Shown here piece by piece: positions 34,759-48,823 of a stretch of DNA of 64,000 nucleotides. The notes beneath the pieces are model-generated. The model saw only the letters and a list, made by a program, of their open reading frames with translations. It was not told the DNA's origin and made no database searches. How positions within the stretch are numbered: the first letter of the stretch is position 1; every line of letters starts with the position of its first letter. The DNA comes from an uncultured Deinococcaceae bacterium (GTDB taxonomy: Bacteria; Deinococcota; Deinococci; Deinococcales; Deinococcaceae), in contig CAXULY010000015.1 of NCBI GenBank assembly GCA_964252075.1, positions 49,957 through 113,956 on the forward strand, given 5' to 3'. A program made the position numbers and the translations under genes.

Positions 34759-37197
34759 ATGATGCACCCCCTGAACGGCCTGAACTGGGAGTTCAAGGCC
34801 CGCAACCCCGACGCGAGCCTCACCGACGACTTCACGAGCGCGGAGGGCTGGCTGCCCGCCACCGTGCCCGGCACCGTCCACACTGACCTGCTCGCCGCCG
34901 GGCAGATTCCCGACCCGTACTACGGCAAGAACGAGCATGACCTGCAGTGGATCGGGGAGACGGACTGGCTGTACCGCGCCACCTTCGACGCCCCAACTGG
35001 CGACGCCGCGCACCTGGACCTGACTTTCGACGGCCTGGACACCATCGCGACCGTGTGGCTGAACGGTGAGCAGGTCCTGGCGAGCGACAACATGTTCGTG
35101 CCGCAGCGCGTGCCCGTCGAGGGCCGCGTGCGGGCGGGCCGCAACAACCTGTGGCTGCACTTCGCGTCCGCCTTCCGGTACGGCAAGGCGCAGGAGGCCG
35201 AGCACGGCGCGCTGCACGTGTGGAACGGCGACGCGAGCCGCGTGTACGTGCGCAAGGCGCAGTACCACTACGGCTGGGACTGGGGCCCCACCTTCATCAC
35301 GGCGGGCGTGTGGCGCGACGCGCACCTGCACGCCTACACCGCCCGCCTGAGTGACGTGCAGGTCATGACGGACCTCAGTGACGACCTGAGCGCCGCCACC
35401 GTGCGCGTGACCGCGCAGACGGCAGGGGAGGCGGAGGGCACCACCGTCCGCGCGACCCTCACCACCCCGGACGGGGAGCGAGTGAAGCTGGGTGACGACC
35501 TGAGCGTTACGCTGTCGAACCCCAGCCTGTGGTGGCCCGCCGGGTACGGCGCGCAGGCCCTCCACACCCTGCGGGTGGAACTGGTGCAGGGCGACGCCGT
35601 GCTCGACACGCGGGAACTGCGCGTCGGCCTGCGCCGCGTGGACCTCATGCAGGAACCCCTGGAGGGCCAGCCGGGCCGCACCTTCTATTTCCGCGTCAAC
35701 CACACGCCCATCTTCTGCGGCGGCGTGAACTGGATTCCCGACGACCTGTTCCTCCCGCGCGTCACGGAGGACCGTTACCGCGCGCGCCTGCAGGCCGCCG
35801 TGGACGCCCACATGGTGATGGTGCGCGTGTGGGGCGGCGGCGTGTACGAGGCGGACACCTTCTACGACCTGTGCGACGAGCTGGGCCTCATGGTGTGGCA
35901 GGACTTCATGTTCGGCTGCGGCCTGTACCCCGCGCACGACACCTACGCCGACAGCGTGCGCCTGGAAGCGGAGGCGAACGTGCGGCGCCTGCGCCACCAC
36001 GCGTCCCTGGTGGTGTGGTGCGGGAACAACGAGGACTACCAGCTCGCGCAGTCCATCGGGCGCTGGGGCCCCCAGCACCCGGACGCCACGCCCGCCGACT
36101 TCCCCGCCCTGCGCCTGTACGAACAGGTGCTGCCCGACGTGGTCGCGCGCCTCGACCCGCAGCGCCGCTACGTGCCGGGCAGCGCGTACTCCGAGCTGGA
36201 CGCCCTGCATTACCAGACGGACGGCGACATTCACAGCTGGCAGGTGTGGGGCCAGACGCGCGACTACCGCGATTACCCGCAGCTCGGGGGGCGTTTCGTG
36301 AGCGAGTTCGGCATGTGCGCCGCGCCCGCCCTGGAGACCATTGCGGGCTTCTGCCCCCCGAGCGAGCGCACGCCGCACAGCACGACGTTCACGGGGCACA
36401 ACAAGGCCACGGACGGCCCCGCGAAACTCGACGCGTACCTCGCGCACAACTACGCGGACCCGCAGGCCCTCTACCTGCCGGAGTACGTGTACGGCACACA
36501 ACTCGTGCAGGCGGACGCCCTCACGCTGGGCGTGTCCGCGTGGCGGCGCGCGTGGCGCGGGGAGGGCGCGCGCGAGACGAGCGGCGCCCTGGTGTGGCAG
36601 CTGAACGACTGCTGGCCCGTGTCCAGCTGGGCGCTTATCGACTCCGACCGCCGCGCGAAACCCGCGTACTACGCCCTGAAGCGCGTGTTCGCGCCGCTCG
36701 CGGTGGGTCTCACGCGAGACGGGGAAGAGGTGAGCGCCTGGGTGGCGTCCTCGGAACGCCAGGCGCGCGCCCTCACCCTGCGCGCCGAGAGCTACACCCT
36801 GGAGGGCGAGGCGCTCGGCACGACCGAGCAGGCCCTCACCGTCCAGCCGAACGGCGCAACCGAGGCGGGCGTGGTCGCGCAGGCCCCCGCGAACGCCGTG
36901 GTGTTCGCCCTCTTGCTCGACGGCGCGCAGGAAGTCGCGCGTTTCGCCCTGTGGCCCGACCCCATCCCCGCCTTCACGTGGCCCAGCCCGGACGTGACCG
37001 CGAGCGCGGACGGGAGCACCGTGCGCGTGAGCGCCACGCGGCCCGCGCGCGGCGTGTGGCTCAGCACCCCCACCCCCACGCCCTGGCCGGACAACTGGCT
37101 GGACCTCCGCCCCGGCGAGGAACGCACCCTCAGCGTCCAGCCCAGCGGTCCCGTGACCGTCACGGCGCTCGGGCAGAAGCAGACGCAACCCGCGTAA
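34759..37197 (+). CDS. Beta-mannosidase, glycoside hydrolase family 2
   Basis: FDGLDT, RKAQYHYGWDWGP, RVWGGG, WQDFMF, WCGNNE, FVSEFG, WQLNDCWP. Confidence 0.92.
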   Translation: MMHPLNGLNWEFKARNPDASLTDDFTSAEGWLPATVPGTVHTDLLAAGQIPDPYYGKNEHDLQWIGETDWLYRATFDAPTGDAAHLDLTFDGLDTIATVWLNGEQVLASDNMFVPQRVPVEGRVRAGRNNLWLHFASAFRYGKAQEAEHGALHVWNGDASRVYVRKAQYHYGWDWGPTFITAGVWRDAHLHAYTARLSDVQVMTDLSDDLSAATVRVTAQTAGEAEGTTVRATLTTPDGERVKLGDDLSVTLSNPSLWWPAGYGAQALHTLRVELVQGDAVLDTRELRVGLRRVDLMQEPLEGQPGRTFYFRVNHTPIFCGGVNWIPDDLFLPRVTEDRYRARLQAAVDAHMVMVRVWGGGVYEADTFYDLCDELGLMVWQDFMFGCGLYPAHDTYADSVRLEAEANVRRLRHHASLVVWCGNNEDYQLAQSIGRWGPQHPDATPADFPALRLYEQVLPDVVARLDPQRRYVPGSAYSELDALHYQTDGDIHSWQVWGQTRDYRDYPQLGGRFVSEFGMCAAPALETIAGFCPPSERTPHSTTFTGHNKATDGPAKLDAYLAHNYADPQALYLPEYVYGTQLVQADALTLGVSAWRRAWRGEGARETSGALVWQLNDCWPVSSWALIDSDRRAKPAYYALKRVFAPLAVGLTRDGEEVSAWVASSERQARALTLRAESYTLEGEALGTTEQALTVQPNGATEAGVVAQAPANAVVFALLLDGAQEVARFALWPDPIPAFTWPSPDVTASADGSTVRVSATRPARGVWLSTPTPTPWPDNWLDLRPGEERTLSVQPSGPVTVTALGQKQTQPA

Positions 37198-37209
37198 AAC
37201 CAGCGGCTC

Positions 37210-37242
37210 AGCGGGGCGCGGGGACAACACCCGCGCCCCGCT
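37210..37242 (+). terminator. Hairpin after the GH2 gene
   Basis: AGCGGGGCGCGGG-N7-CCCGCGCCCCGCT. Confidence 0.65.
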
Positions 37243-37314
37243 TCTGCTTGAGTTCCAACGCCCCTGAAGGCAGCACACATGCGCGCGCGCCCCTTCACCC
37301 CGCACCATGCGGGC

Positions 37315-37599
37315 ATGACCCAGGGTGCAGAGAACAGCGAAGCGAAACTCGCGCGCGGCGAAACCATCGGCCTGCGGCTGTGGCAGGACGAACCCGCCGG
37401 CACCGCCAAGGACCCCCACAGCAGCCCCTACGAGACGGTGGGGTACGTGCTGAAGGGCCGCGCGGAACTCATCGTGAACGGCCAGACGCAGCACCTCGGC
37501 CCCGGCGACAGCTACCTCGTCCCGAAGGACGCCCCGCACACCTACCACATCCTCGAAACCTTCAGCGCCGTGGAGGCGACCAGCCCACCCGCGGAGTGA
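37315..37599 (+). CDS. Small cupin-domain protein (start may be 37279)
   Basis: H...YETVGYVLKGRAEL, LGPGDSYLVP..APHTY, EATSPPA. Confidence 0.85.
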   Translation: MTQGAENSEAKLARGETIGLRLWQDEPAGTAKDPHSSPYETVGYVLKGRAELIVNGQTQHLGPGDSYLVPKDAPHTYHILETFSAVEATSPPAE

Positions 37600-37606
37600 G
37601 GGCAGG

Positions 37607-37641
37607 AGAGAGGGGGCGCGTCCAAGGACGCGCCCCCTCTC
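37607..37641. repeat. Left copy of the 35-bp direct repeat/hairpin bounding the AT-rich insert
   Basis: AGAGAGGGGGCGCGTCCAAGGACGCGCCCCCTCTC. Confidence 0.92.
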
Positions 37642-37753
37642 CCTTTTAATTTCATGGCTTAAAATTGAGGAGCATTGCATTTCTTATGCCTAAGGTATCT
37701 AAATATCGGTGGTTGTGTAATAAAACATTGTGCATTTGACTCAGTAATGTACT

Positions 37754-38338
37754 TTAAACTATTCTGCTGAGTATCGTATATAGCTTAGTAAAAGACTCTG
37801 AATTTAGACACAGATTTAGATCCATCTGTGCAGAAAGCGCAGGACAGTCTATTGTCTCTGAATAGCGAGAATTATTCATAAGATTTGAAATCCATTCCTT
37901 CGCTCCTCTTATTGCTTCGGGGTGAGCAGGCGTAGTTATTTCTGTCGGCAGTCCCCTTTTTCCGGCTAAGGAAGAAATACTATGAATGATCCATGACTCA
38001 TATTCTCTTACAGCTATTATTACTTCGACATTTATATGGGGTGCGGCCGTTTTTGCTCTCGTGCTCAACTCGCCTAAAAGAGTATCGGGGTCATCACTGT
38101 CTGCATCAAGTAGGACAATGATGCTTCCCTTCTGTCCTAATTTAATCGATGCCGCCTTTACCGCCTTTTCAATCTCCCCCGGCCGGACTATCTTGCTTTT
38201 GTTAATGCGAAATATATTAGTTTTTTGAAGATTGAGCTGACTGGCGCACACCAATTCTGTAGAAATGCGCCTGACGAGAATTGGTAATGATTCAACTTCT
38301 CCGTGTCCTTCTACAATAGCAGCGAGGGGAGAGGTCAA
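37754..38338 (-). CDS. DUF4276-family TOPRIM-like protein
   Basis: IVEGHGE, LLDADSD, AVREYESW; TTG start overlaps the ATPase stop. Confidence 0.78.
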   Translation of the reverse strand: MTSPLAAIVEGHGEVESLPILVRRISTELVCASQLNLQKTNIFRINKSKIVRPGEIEKAVKAASIKLGQKGSIIVLLDADSDDPDTLLGELSTRAKTAAPHINVEVIIAVREYESWIIHSISSLAGKRGLPTEITTPAHPEAIRGAKEWISNLMNNSRYSETIDCPALSAQMDLNLCLNSESFTKLYTILSRIV

Positions 38339-39567
38339 AGAAGCTGCCCCATTTTGAGAAGTTCGCCAGGATTATATAGGTTCTCCCGTATTATTTGTTT
38401 AGTTTCCTGACTGATTGGGGAAAACTTTGTTGCGTTTTCTTTAGTCAGACTTGTGTAGACTATATTGGTTTCATCAGGATTGACATTTTCCAAAATGTCT
38501 GCACTGTGTGTAGTTAGTAGAATTTGTCTAGTTTTGCTGGCCTCCTCCAATGCCTCCATCATTACTGCCGCTGCAGTAGGGTGCAAGCCAGTTTCAGGCT
38601 CTTCAATACAAATAAGGGAGAGCTTGGGTACTCCCCGCCACTCGTCTTGAAATATTGCTACCAGCAAAGCAAATGCCCTCAAAGTACCATCAGACACGCT
38701 GTCGGGGTAGAGGTAATATCGACTATTACTTATAGTAAAGTTAACAGCCTCCATTTTGCCGAATTTTCTTCTGATATAACCACGAATCACAGGATTTACT
38801 TTATTCAGATACTTGCTTATTTTTTGACGAGAAGCGAAGTCAACCGCTTTATGAATCATACTTGCGATATTTTCTGCACCCTTTTTCAAAGTACTACTGT
38901 TGTCAGGTAGTGCTAGAGACCGTATAGCCTCTATGTTTGGTGCATAAAATCTTATGCTCGATAATAGTTTGTAGATGGGAAGGAACGCATCAGTGCCGGA
39001 AAGAGTAGGTAAGGCGAGTGATGTTGCGCTAGTATACGGAGGCTTATTACCACTATAGACTTCGTATTTCCCATTAATAACTTGTAAAACAGTTTTTGAA
39101 TCTATTGTCACTACTTCTTCTGCTATGTCCAATTCTCTATGCTTAGCTCGTTTTATCTTTATCTTATAGGTGCATCTGGAACCCGAAGGAATTGTAAAAG
39201 TGAGTTTTATTGAAAACATTAACCCGAGTCTATTCGAGTTTCTTACTAGACTAGTTATGCCCCCACGTGAGTTTACGGCGTGTTCAAGTCCGTTTGTCAA
39301 ACTATCCGATATAAACGTGATGGCATCTAGCAAATTGCTTTTACCTGATCCATTCATTCCAACAAGAATAGTGAGATTGGAGAAGACAACAGAACCGCTT
39401 TTTATACTTTTGTAATTGCTTATATCAATCTTATTTATGTAGCCAATTGTTTTATTTGACTCATCACGTTGTAAGGACATGATCTCGCCTTTGCCAAATT
39501 GTTTCTCTATTTCTGACATTGCCGAGTGAATGGCGTCTAGCCTCGATTTTCCGCCTGTATCCGTCAT
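38335..39567 (-). CDS. ABC-type (AAA_15/AAA_21-like) ATPase with RecA-N-terminus-like extension
   Basis: ISNYKSI, Walker A GMNGSGKS, signature VSDGT, Walker B/D-loop [12 protein letters not shown], H-loop LTTHS; N-terminal [21 protein letters not shown]. Confidence 0.9.
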   Translation of the reverse strand: [410 protein letters not shown]

Positions 39568-39705
39568 CTATTTCCATATTAGACCTTGAAAAGCTGCAAG
39601 CCCATTCTTAGAAGTGGATCGCCTAAGGAAATGTTGAAGTTGTTGGATGTGCTGCACCTAAGCTACTCCAGCGCAAGGATGCCGTAGTCGGGTAATCCGA
39701 GTTCA

Positions 39706-39740
39706 AGAGAGGGGGCGCGTCTAAAGACGCGCCCCCTCTC
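39706..39740. repeat. Right copy of the 35-bp direct repeat/hairpin (also the gcvP terminator)
   Basis: AGAGAGGGGGCGCGTCTAAAGACGCGCCCCCTCTC; 33/35 identical to the left copy. Confidence 0.92.
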
Positions 39741-39753
39741 TTTCTCCCTCGCC

Positions 39754-42615
<2,862 letters not shown>

Positions 42616-42684
42616 GCCACCCATCCTTGGAAAAGGCCGTGAGCGACTGGGCGTGCGCGCCCACCGCCCACGGCCAGCGTGTCG

Positions 42685-43050
42685 TTACTCCGCGACGGCC
42701 TCGTACCCGGCGGCGTCCATCAGGTCACCGGAGGGCTCCGTCACGTCCAGCCGGAACAGCCAGCCGTCCGTGTACGCGCCGCTGTTCACGAGTTCCGGGC
42801 TGCCGGACAGCGCGTCATTCACGGCGGTGATGGTGCCGCTAGCGGGCGCGTAGATGTCGCTGGCGGTCTTCACGCTCTCCACGACGGCCACCGCTTCGCC
42901 CGCCGTGACGGTGCGGCCCACCTCGGGCAGCTCTACGTACACCACGTCGCCCAGCTGGTCCTGCGCGAAGTCGGTGATGCCCACGGTGCCGTCCTCGCGC
43001 AGCCACTCGTGGCTGCGGGCGTACTTCAGTTCACTGGGGATGTTGGTCAT
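42685..43050 (-). CDS. gcvH: Glycine cleavage system H protein
   Basis: [31 protein letters not shown] (lipoyl Lys). Confidence 0.98.
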   Translation of the reverse strand: MTNIPSELKYARSHEWLREDGTVGITDFAQDQLGDVVYVELPEVGRTVTAGEAVAVVESVKTASDIYAPASGTITAVNDALSGSPELVNSGAYTDGWLFRLDVTEPSGDLMDAAGYEAVAE

Positions 43051-43066
43051 AGGAACTCCTGCTGCG

Positions 43067-44197
43067 TTAGTCTCGCGTGATTTGCGGCGGCGATGTGTGA
43101 AGTGAAGCCAGATGCGACTGGCTGGCGTCCCGTTTGTAGAAGGGCAGTTCGACCCGCGCGGCGGGCACGTCCCGCCCACGCACCTCGATGGCGTACTCGG
43201 CGTCCGTCGCGGCGTCCGCGCGCACCAGCGCGAGCGCGATGGGGTACCGCAGGGTGGGGCTCGTGGTGCCGCTCGTGACGCGCCCCACCACCTCGCCGCG
43301 CAGCTTCACGGGGTAGCCCTCGCGCGGCGGGACCTTCTCCAGCCGCAGCCCGATGAGCCTCTGGTCCGCGAGGGCGTCCAGGATCGCGGCGCGCCCGTGG
43401 AAGTCCTTGTCCTTCACCGCCCAGCCGTAATGGCTGGAGAGCGGGTGGATGTCGTCCGCGAACTCATGCCCGTACAGCGGGAAGGCCGCCTCCAGCCGCA
43501 GCGTGTCGCGCGCGCCCAGCCCGATGGGCGTCACGCCCACCGCGAGCAGCTTGTCCCACACGACTTCCGCCTGCTCGGCAGGCACGAACACCTCGAAGCC
43601 GTCCTCGCCCGTATACCCGGTACGCGCCAGCCACACCGGGAAGCCGAACAGGGTGGTTTCGAAGAAGGCGTTCTTCTTCTTGGCACTCAGGTCCACGCCC
43701 GCGTACGGCTGGAGGGTCGCCTCGGATTTCGGGCCCTGCACGGCCAGCAGGCCCCAGTGCTCGCTCTCGTCACTCAGCTGCACGTCGAAGCCCGCCGTGA
43801 GGGCCTGCAGGTGCGCGAAGTCCTTCTGGATGTTCGCGGCGTTCACGACGATCAGGTACTCGCCCGGCGCGACCATATACACGTACAGGTCGTCCACGAG
43901 GCCGCCCCGCTCGTTTGGCAGGAGCGTGTACTGCGCGCGGCCCGGCCTGAGTTTGCTCACGTCGTTCGTGGTGGCGCGCTGCAGGAAGTCCAGGGCGCCC
44001 GCGCCCGTCACGCGGAACTCCCCCATGTGCGACACGTCGAACACCCCCACGCCGTCCCGCACGGCGGCGTGCTCCTGCATGACGCCCTGGTACTGCACGG
44101 GCATGTCCCAGCCGCCGAAAGGCACCATGCGCGCGCCCGCGCGCAGGTGCGCGGCGTGCAGGGGCGTGCGCTTCAGATCATCGGTAGGCTCGCTCAC
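43067..44197 (-). CDS. gcvT: Glycine cleavage aminomethyltransferase T
   Basis: [47 protein letters not shown]. Confidence 0.98.
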   Translation of the reverse strand: MSEPTDDLKRTPLHAAHLRAGARMVPFGGWDMPVQYQGVMQEHAAVRDGVGVFDVSHMGEFRVTGAGALDFLQRATTNDVSKLRPGRAQYTLLPNERGGLVDDLYVYMVAPGEYLIVVNAANIQKDFAHLQALTAGFDVQLSDESEHWGLLAVQGPKSEATLQPYAGVDLSAKKKNAFFETTLFGFPVWLARTGYTGEDGFEVFVPAEQAEVVWDKLLAVGVTPIGLGARDTLRLEAAFPLYGHEFADDIHPLSSHYGWAVKDKDFHGRAAILDALADQRLIGLRLEKVPPREGYPVKLRGEVVGRVTSGTTSPTLRYPIALALVRADAATDAEYAIEVRGRDVPAARVELPFYKRDASQSHLASLHTSPPQITRD

Positions 44198-44358
44198 GCC
44201 CGCGAGTCTAACACGCGTTAGGCACGCGGGTTTTGCCGTGGGTGACCTTCTCAGAAACCGTCAGTTTGGCCCGCTATGCTGAACAGTGAGCCCGGCCCCA
44301 GGCCCGGCCTAAACGCAGCACCCCGCGCCCGGAGGCGCCTCACCATGCGGTGGACCGT

Positions 44359-46947
<2,589 letters not shown>

Positions 46948-47144
46948 CGGTGTGAGCGCCCCGCGTCCGGACAGAATCGACGCTTCAAGGTGCGGGGCCT
47001 CAGATCGCCGCGATGATGACGTCGCCAGGCCGTTCTAGGTGCACACCTGCCCCTGGCGTGGGCTGACAATGATGTCCGGCGTTCGTCCCGCCTGAGTTCC
47101 GGTGATGGCACGTGAACGCCTGCGAGGGTGCGGTACGGTCAGGC

Positions 47145-48023
47145 ATGCCGGACCCCACCGCGTTCTTCGAGGGCTTCACGCTGGAGCATCATCATTTGCC
47201 GGACGCCACCCTGCGCGTGCGCCACGGCGGGTCGGGGCCGCCCGTGCTGCTGCTGCACGGGCATCCGCGCACGCACGCCACATGGCACAGGGTCGCACCG
47301 CTGCTCGCGGAGCGCTTCAGCATCGTCTGCCCGGACCTGCGTGGGTACGGCGGGTCCTCGAAACCCGCGGACACCCCGGATCACAGGGGCATGTCGAAGC
47401 GCGCGCTCGCGGGCGACATGGCGGACCTCATGACCCACCTCGGGCATGCGCGCTTCGCGGTGGTAGGGCACGACCGAGGCAGTTACGTCGCGTTCCGCCT
47501 CGCGATGGACCACCCTGAGCGCGTCTCGCGCCTCGCGTTCCTCGGGTACGTGCCGATCCTGGAGGCGCTGGAGCGCGCGAACGAGCGCTTCGCGCGCCTG
47601 TGGTGGCACTGGTTCTTCTTCGCGCAGCCGCAGAAGCCCGAGCGCGCCATCCTCGCGGACCCGGACGCGTGGTACGGCGTCACGCCCGAGAAGCGCGCGC
47701 AGATGGGAGAGCACGCTTTCCTCGATTTTCACGCCGCCATTCACGACCCCGCCACCGTGCACTGCATGGTTGAGGACTACCGCGCGGGCGTGGGCGTGGA
47801 CCGCGCGCACGACGAGGCGGACCGCGCCGCCGGGCGGCAGGTGCGCTGCCCCACCCTGGTCGTGTGGGCGCGCCGGGACGATCCCGAACCCCTGTACGAC
47901 GACCTCGCCGCGATCTGGCGGCCCTGGGCGCCGGACGTGCGGGTGCGCGCCCTGGACTGCGGGCACCACGTGGCGGAGGAAGCGCCGGACGCGCTCACGG
48001 AAGTCCTCCTCGATTTCCTGTGA
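47145..48023 (+). CDS. Alpha/beta hydrolase, haloacetate-dehalogenase-like
   Basis: LLLHGHP, PDLRGYG, GHDRG, WHWFF, EDYRA, GHH. Confidence 0.85.
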   Translation: MPDPTAFFEGFTLEHHHLPDATLRVRHGGSGPPVLLLHGHPRTHATWHRVAPLLAERFSIVCPDLRGYGGSSKPADTPDHRGMSKRALAGDMADLMTHLGHARFAVVGHDRGSYVAFRLAMDHPERVSRLAFLGYVPILEALERANERFARLWWHWFFFAQPQKPERAILADPDAWYGVTPEKRAQMGEHAFLDFHAAIHDPATVHCMVEDYRAGVGVDRAHDEADRAAGRQVRCPTLVVWARRDDPEPLYDDLAAIWRPWAPDVRVRALDCGHHVAEEAPDALTEVLLDFL

Positions 48024-48046
48024 GCGTCCGCCTTTATGGTGGGGGG

Positions 48047-48793
48047 GTGAACAGCGTTGTGATCGTCACCGGGGGGAGCCGCGGCATCGGGGCGGCCACT
48101 GCCCACCTCGCCGCGCGGGAGGGGTACCGCGTCGCCGTGAACTACCACCGGGACGCCCTCGCCGCCGAAGCGGTCGTGCGGGACATTCATGAGGCGGGTG
48201 GCATGGCCGTCGCCGTGCAGGGCGACGTGAGCCAGGCGGCGGATGTCACGCGCCTCTTCGACACCGCCAGCGCCGCGCTTGGCCCCATCACGGGCCTCGT
48301 GAACAACGCGGGCATCCTGGAACGCCAGGCGCGCGTGGATGAGATGGACGCCGCGCGCCTGACGCGCGTTCTCGCCACGAACGTCATCGGGAGTTTCCTG
48401 TGCGCGCGCGAGGCGGTGCTGCGCATGTCCACCCGGCATGGCGGGGCGGGCGGCGCGATCGTGAACGTGTCGTCGCGCGCGGCGGTGCTCGGCTCGCCCG
48501 GCGAGTACGTGGATTACGCCGCGTCGAAAGGCGCCGTGGACACCTTCACGGTCGGCCTCGCCCGCGAGGTGGCGGGCGAGGGCATCCGCGTGAACGGCGT
48601 GCGCCCCGGCATCATCGCGACGGACATCCACGCGAGCGGCGGCGAGGCGGGCCGCGTCGCGCGCCTCGGCCCCGGCGTGCCGCTCGGGCGGGGCGGCACG
48701 CCCGAGGAGGTCGCGCGGGCCATCGTGTGGCTGCTGTCGGACGCCGCCTCGTACACGACGGGCGCCATGATCGACGTGTCCGGCGGGCGGTGA
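48047..48793 (+). CDS. SDR family oxidoreductase
   Basis: TGGSRGIG, NNAG, YAASK. Confidence 0.92.
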   Translation: MNSVVIVTGGSRGIGAATAHLAAREGYRVAVNYHRDALAAEAVVRDIHEAGGMAVAVQGDVSQAADVTRLFDTASAALGPITGLVNNAGILERQARVDEMDAARLTRVLATNVIGSFLCAREAVLRMSTRHGGAGGAIVNVSSRAAVLGSPGEYVDYAASKGAVDTFTVGLAREVAGEGIRVNGVRPGIIATDIHASGGEAGRVARLGPGVPLGRGGTPEEVARAIVWLLSDAASYTTGAMIDVSGGR

Positions 48794-48823
48794 GGGAGGG
48801 GCCGCGCGGCCCCTCCCCGCGCG

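Larger units (their letters stand above)
37642..39705. mobile_element. AT-rich horizontally acquired insert (two-gene cassette)
   Basis: Abrupt drop in GC and AT-rich codon usage between the two repeat copies; no integrase or transposase inside. Confidence 0.8.

Noticed and set aside
33826..37680. 1284-aa minus-strand ORF and many similar long antisense or alternate-frame ORFs (e.g. 39949-42642, 44251-46623, 20418-22631)
   Set aside because: Shadow ORFs of high-GC coding genes on the opposite strand; no recognisable motifs.
39472..39567. recA gene or recA pseudogene
   Set aside because: Only the N-terminal motif is present. No RecA core motifs (GPESSGKT, DSVAAL) follow, and it is in frame with an ABC-type ATPase.
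39568..39705. Deinococcus RDRM (DdrO) operator upstream of the island ATPase
   Set aside because: No 17-bp palindrome matching the recalled consensus was found by eye; a PWM scan would be needed.
44198..44350. Glycine riboswitch upstream of gcvT
   Set aside because: A TAGACT -10-like box lies just upstream of the GTG start (leaderless pattern) and no aptamer consensus was seen.
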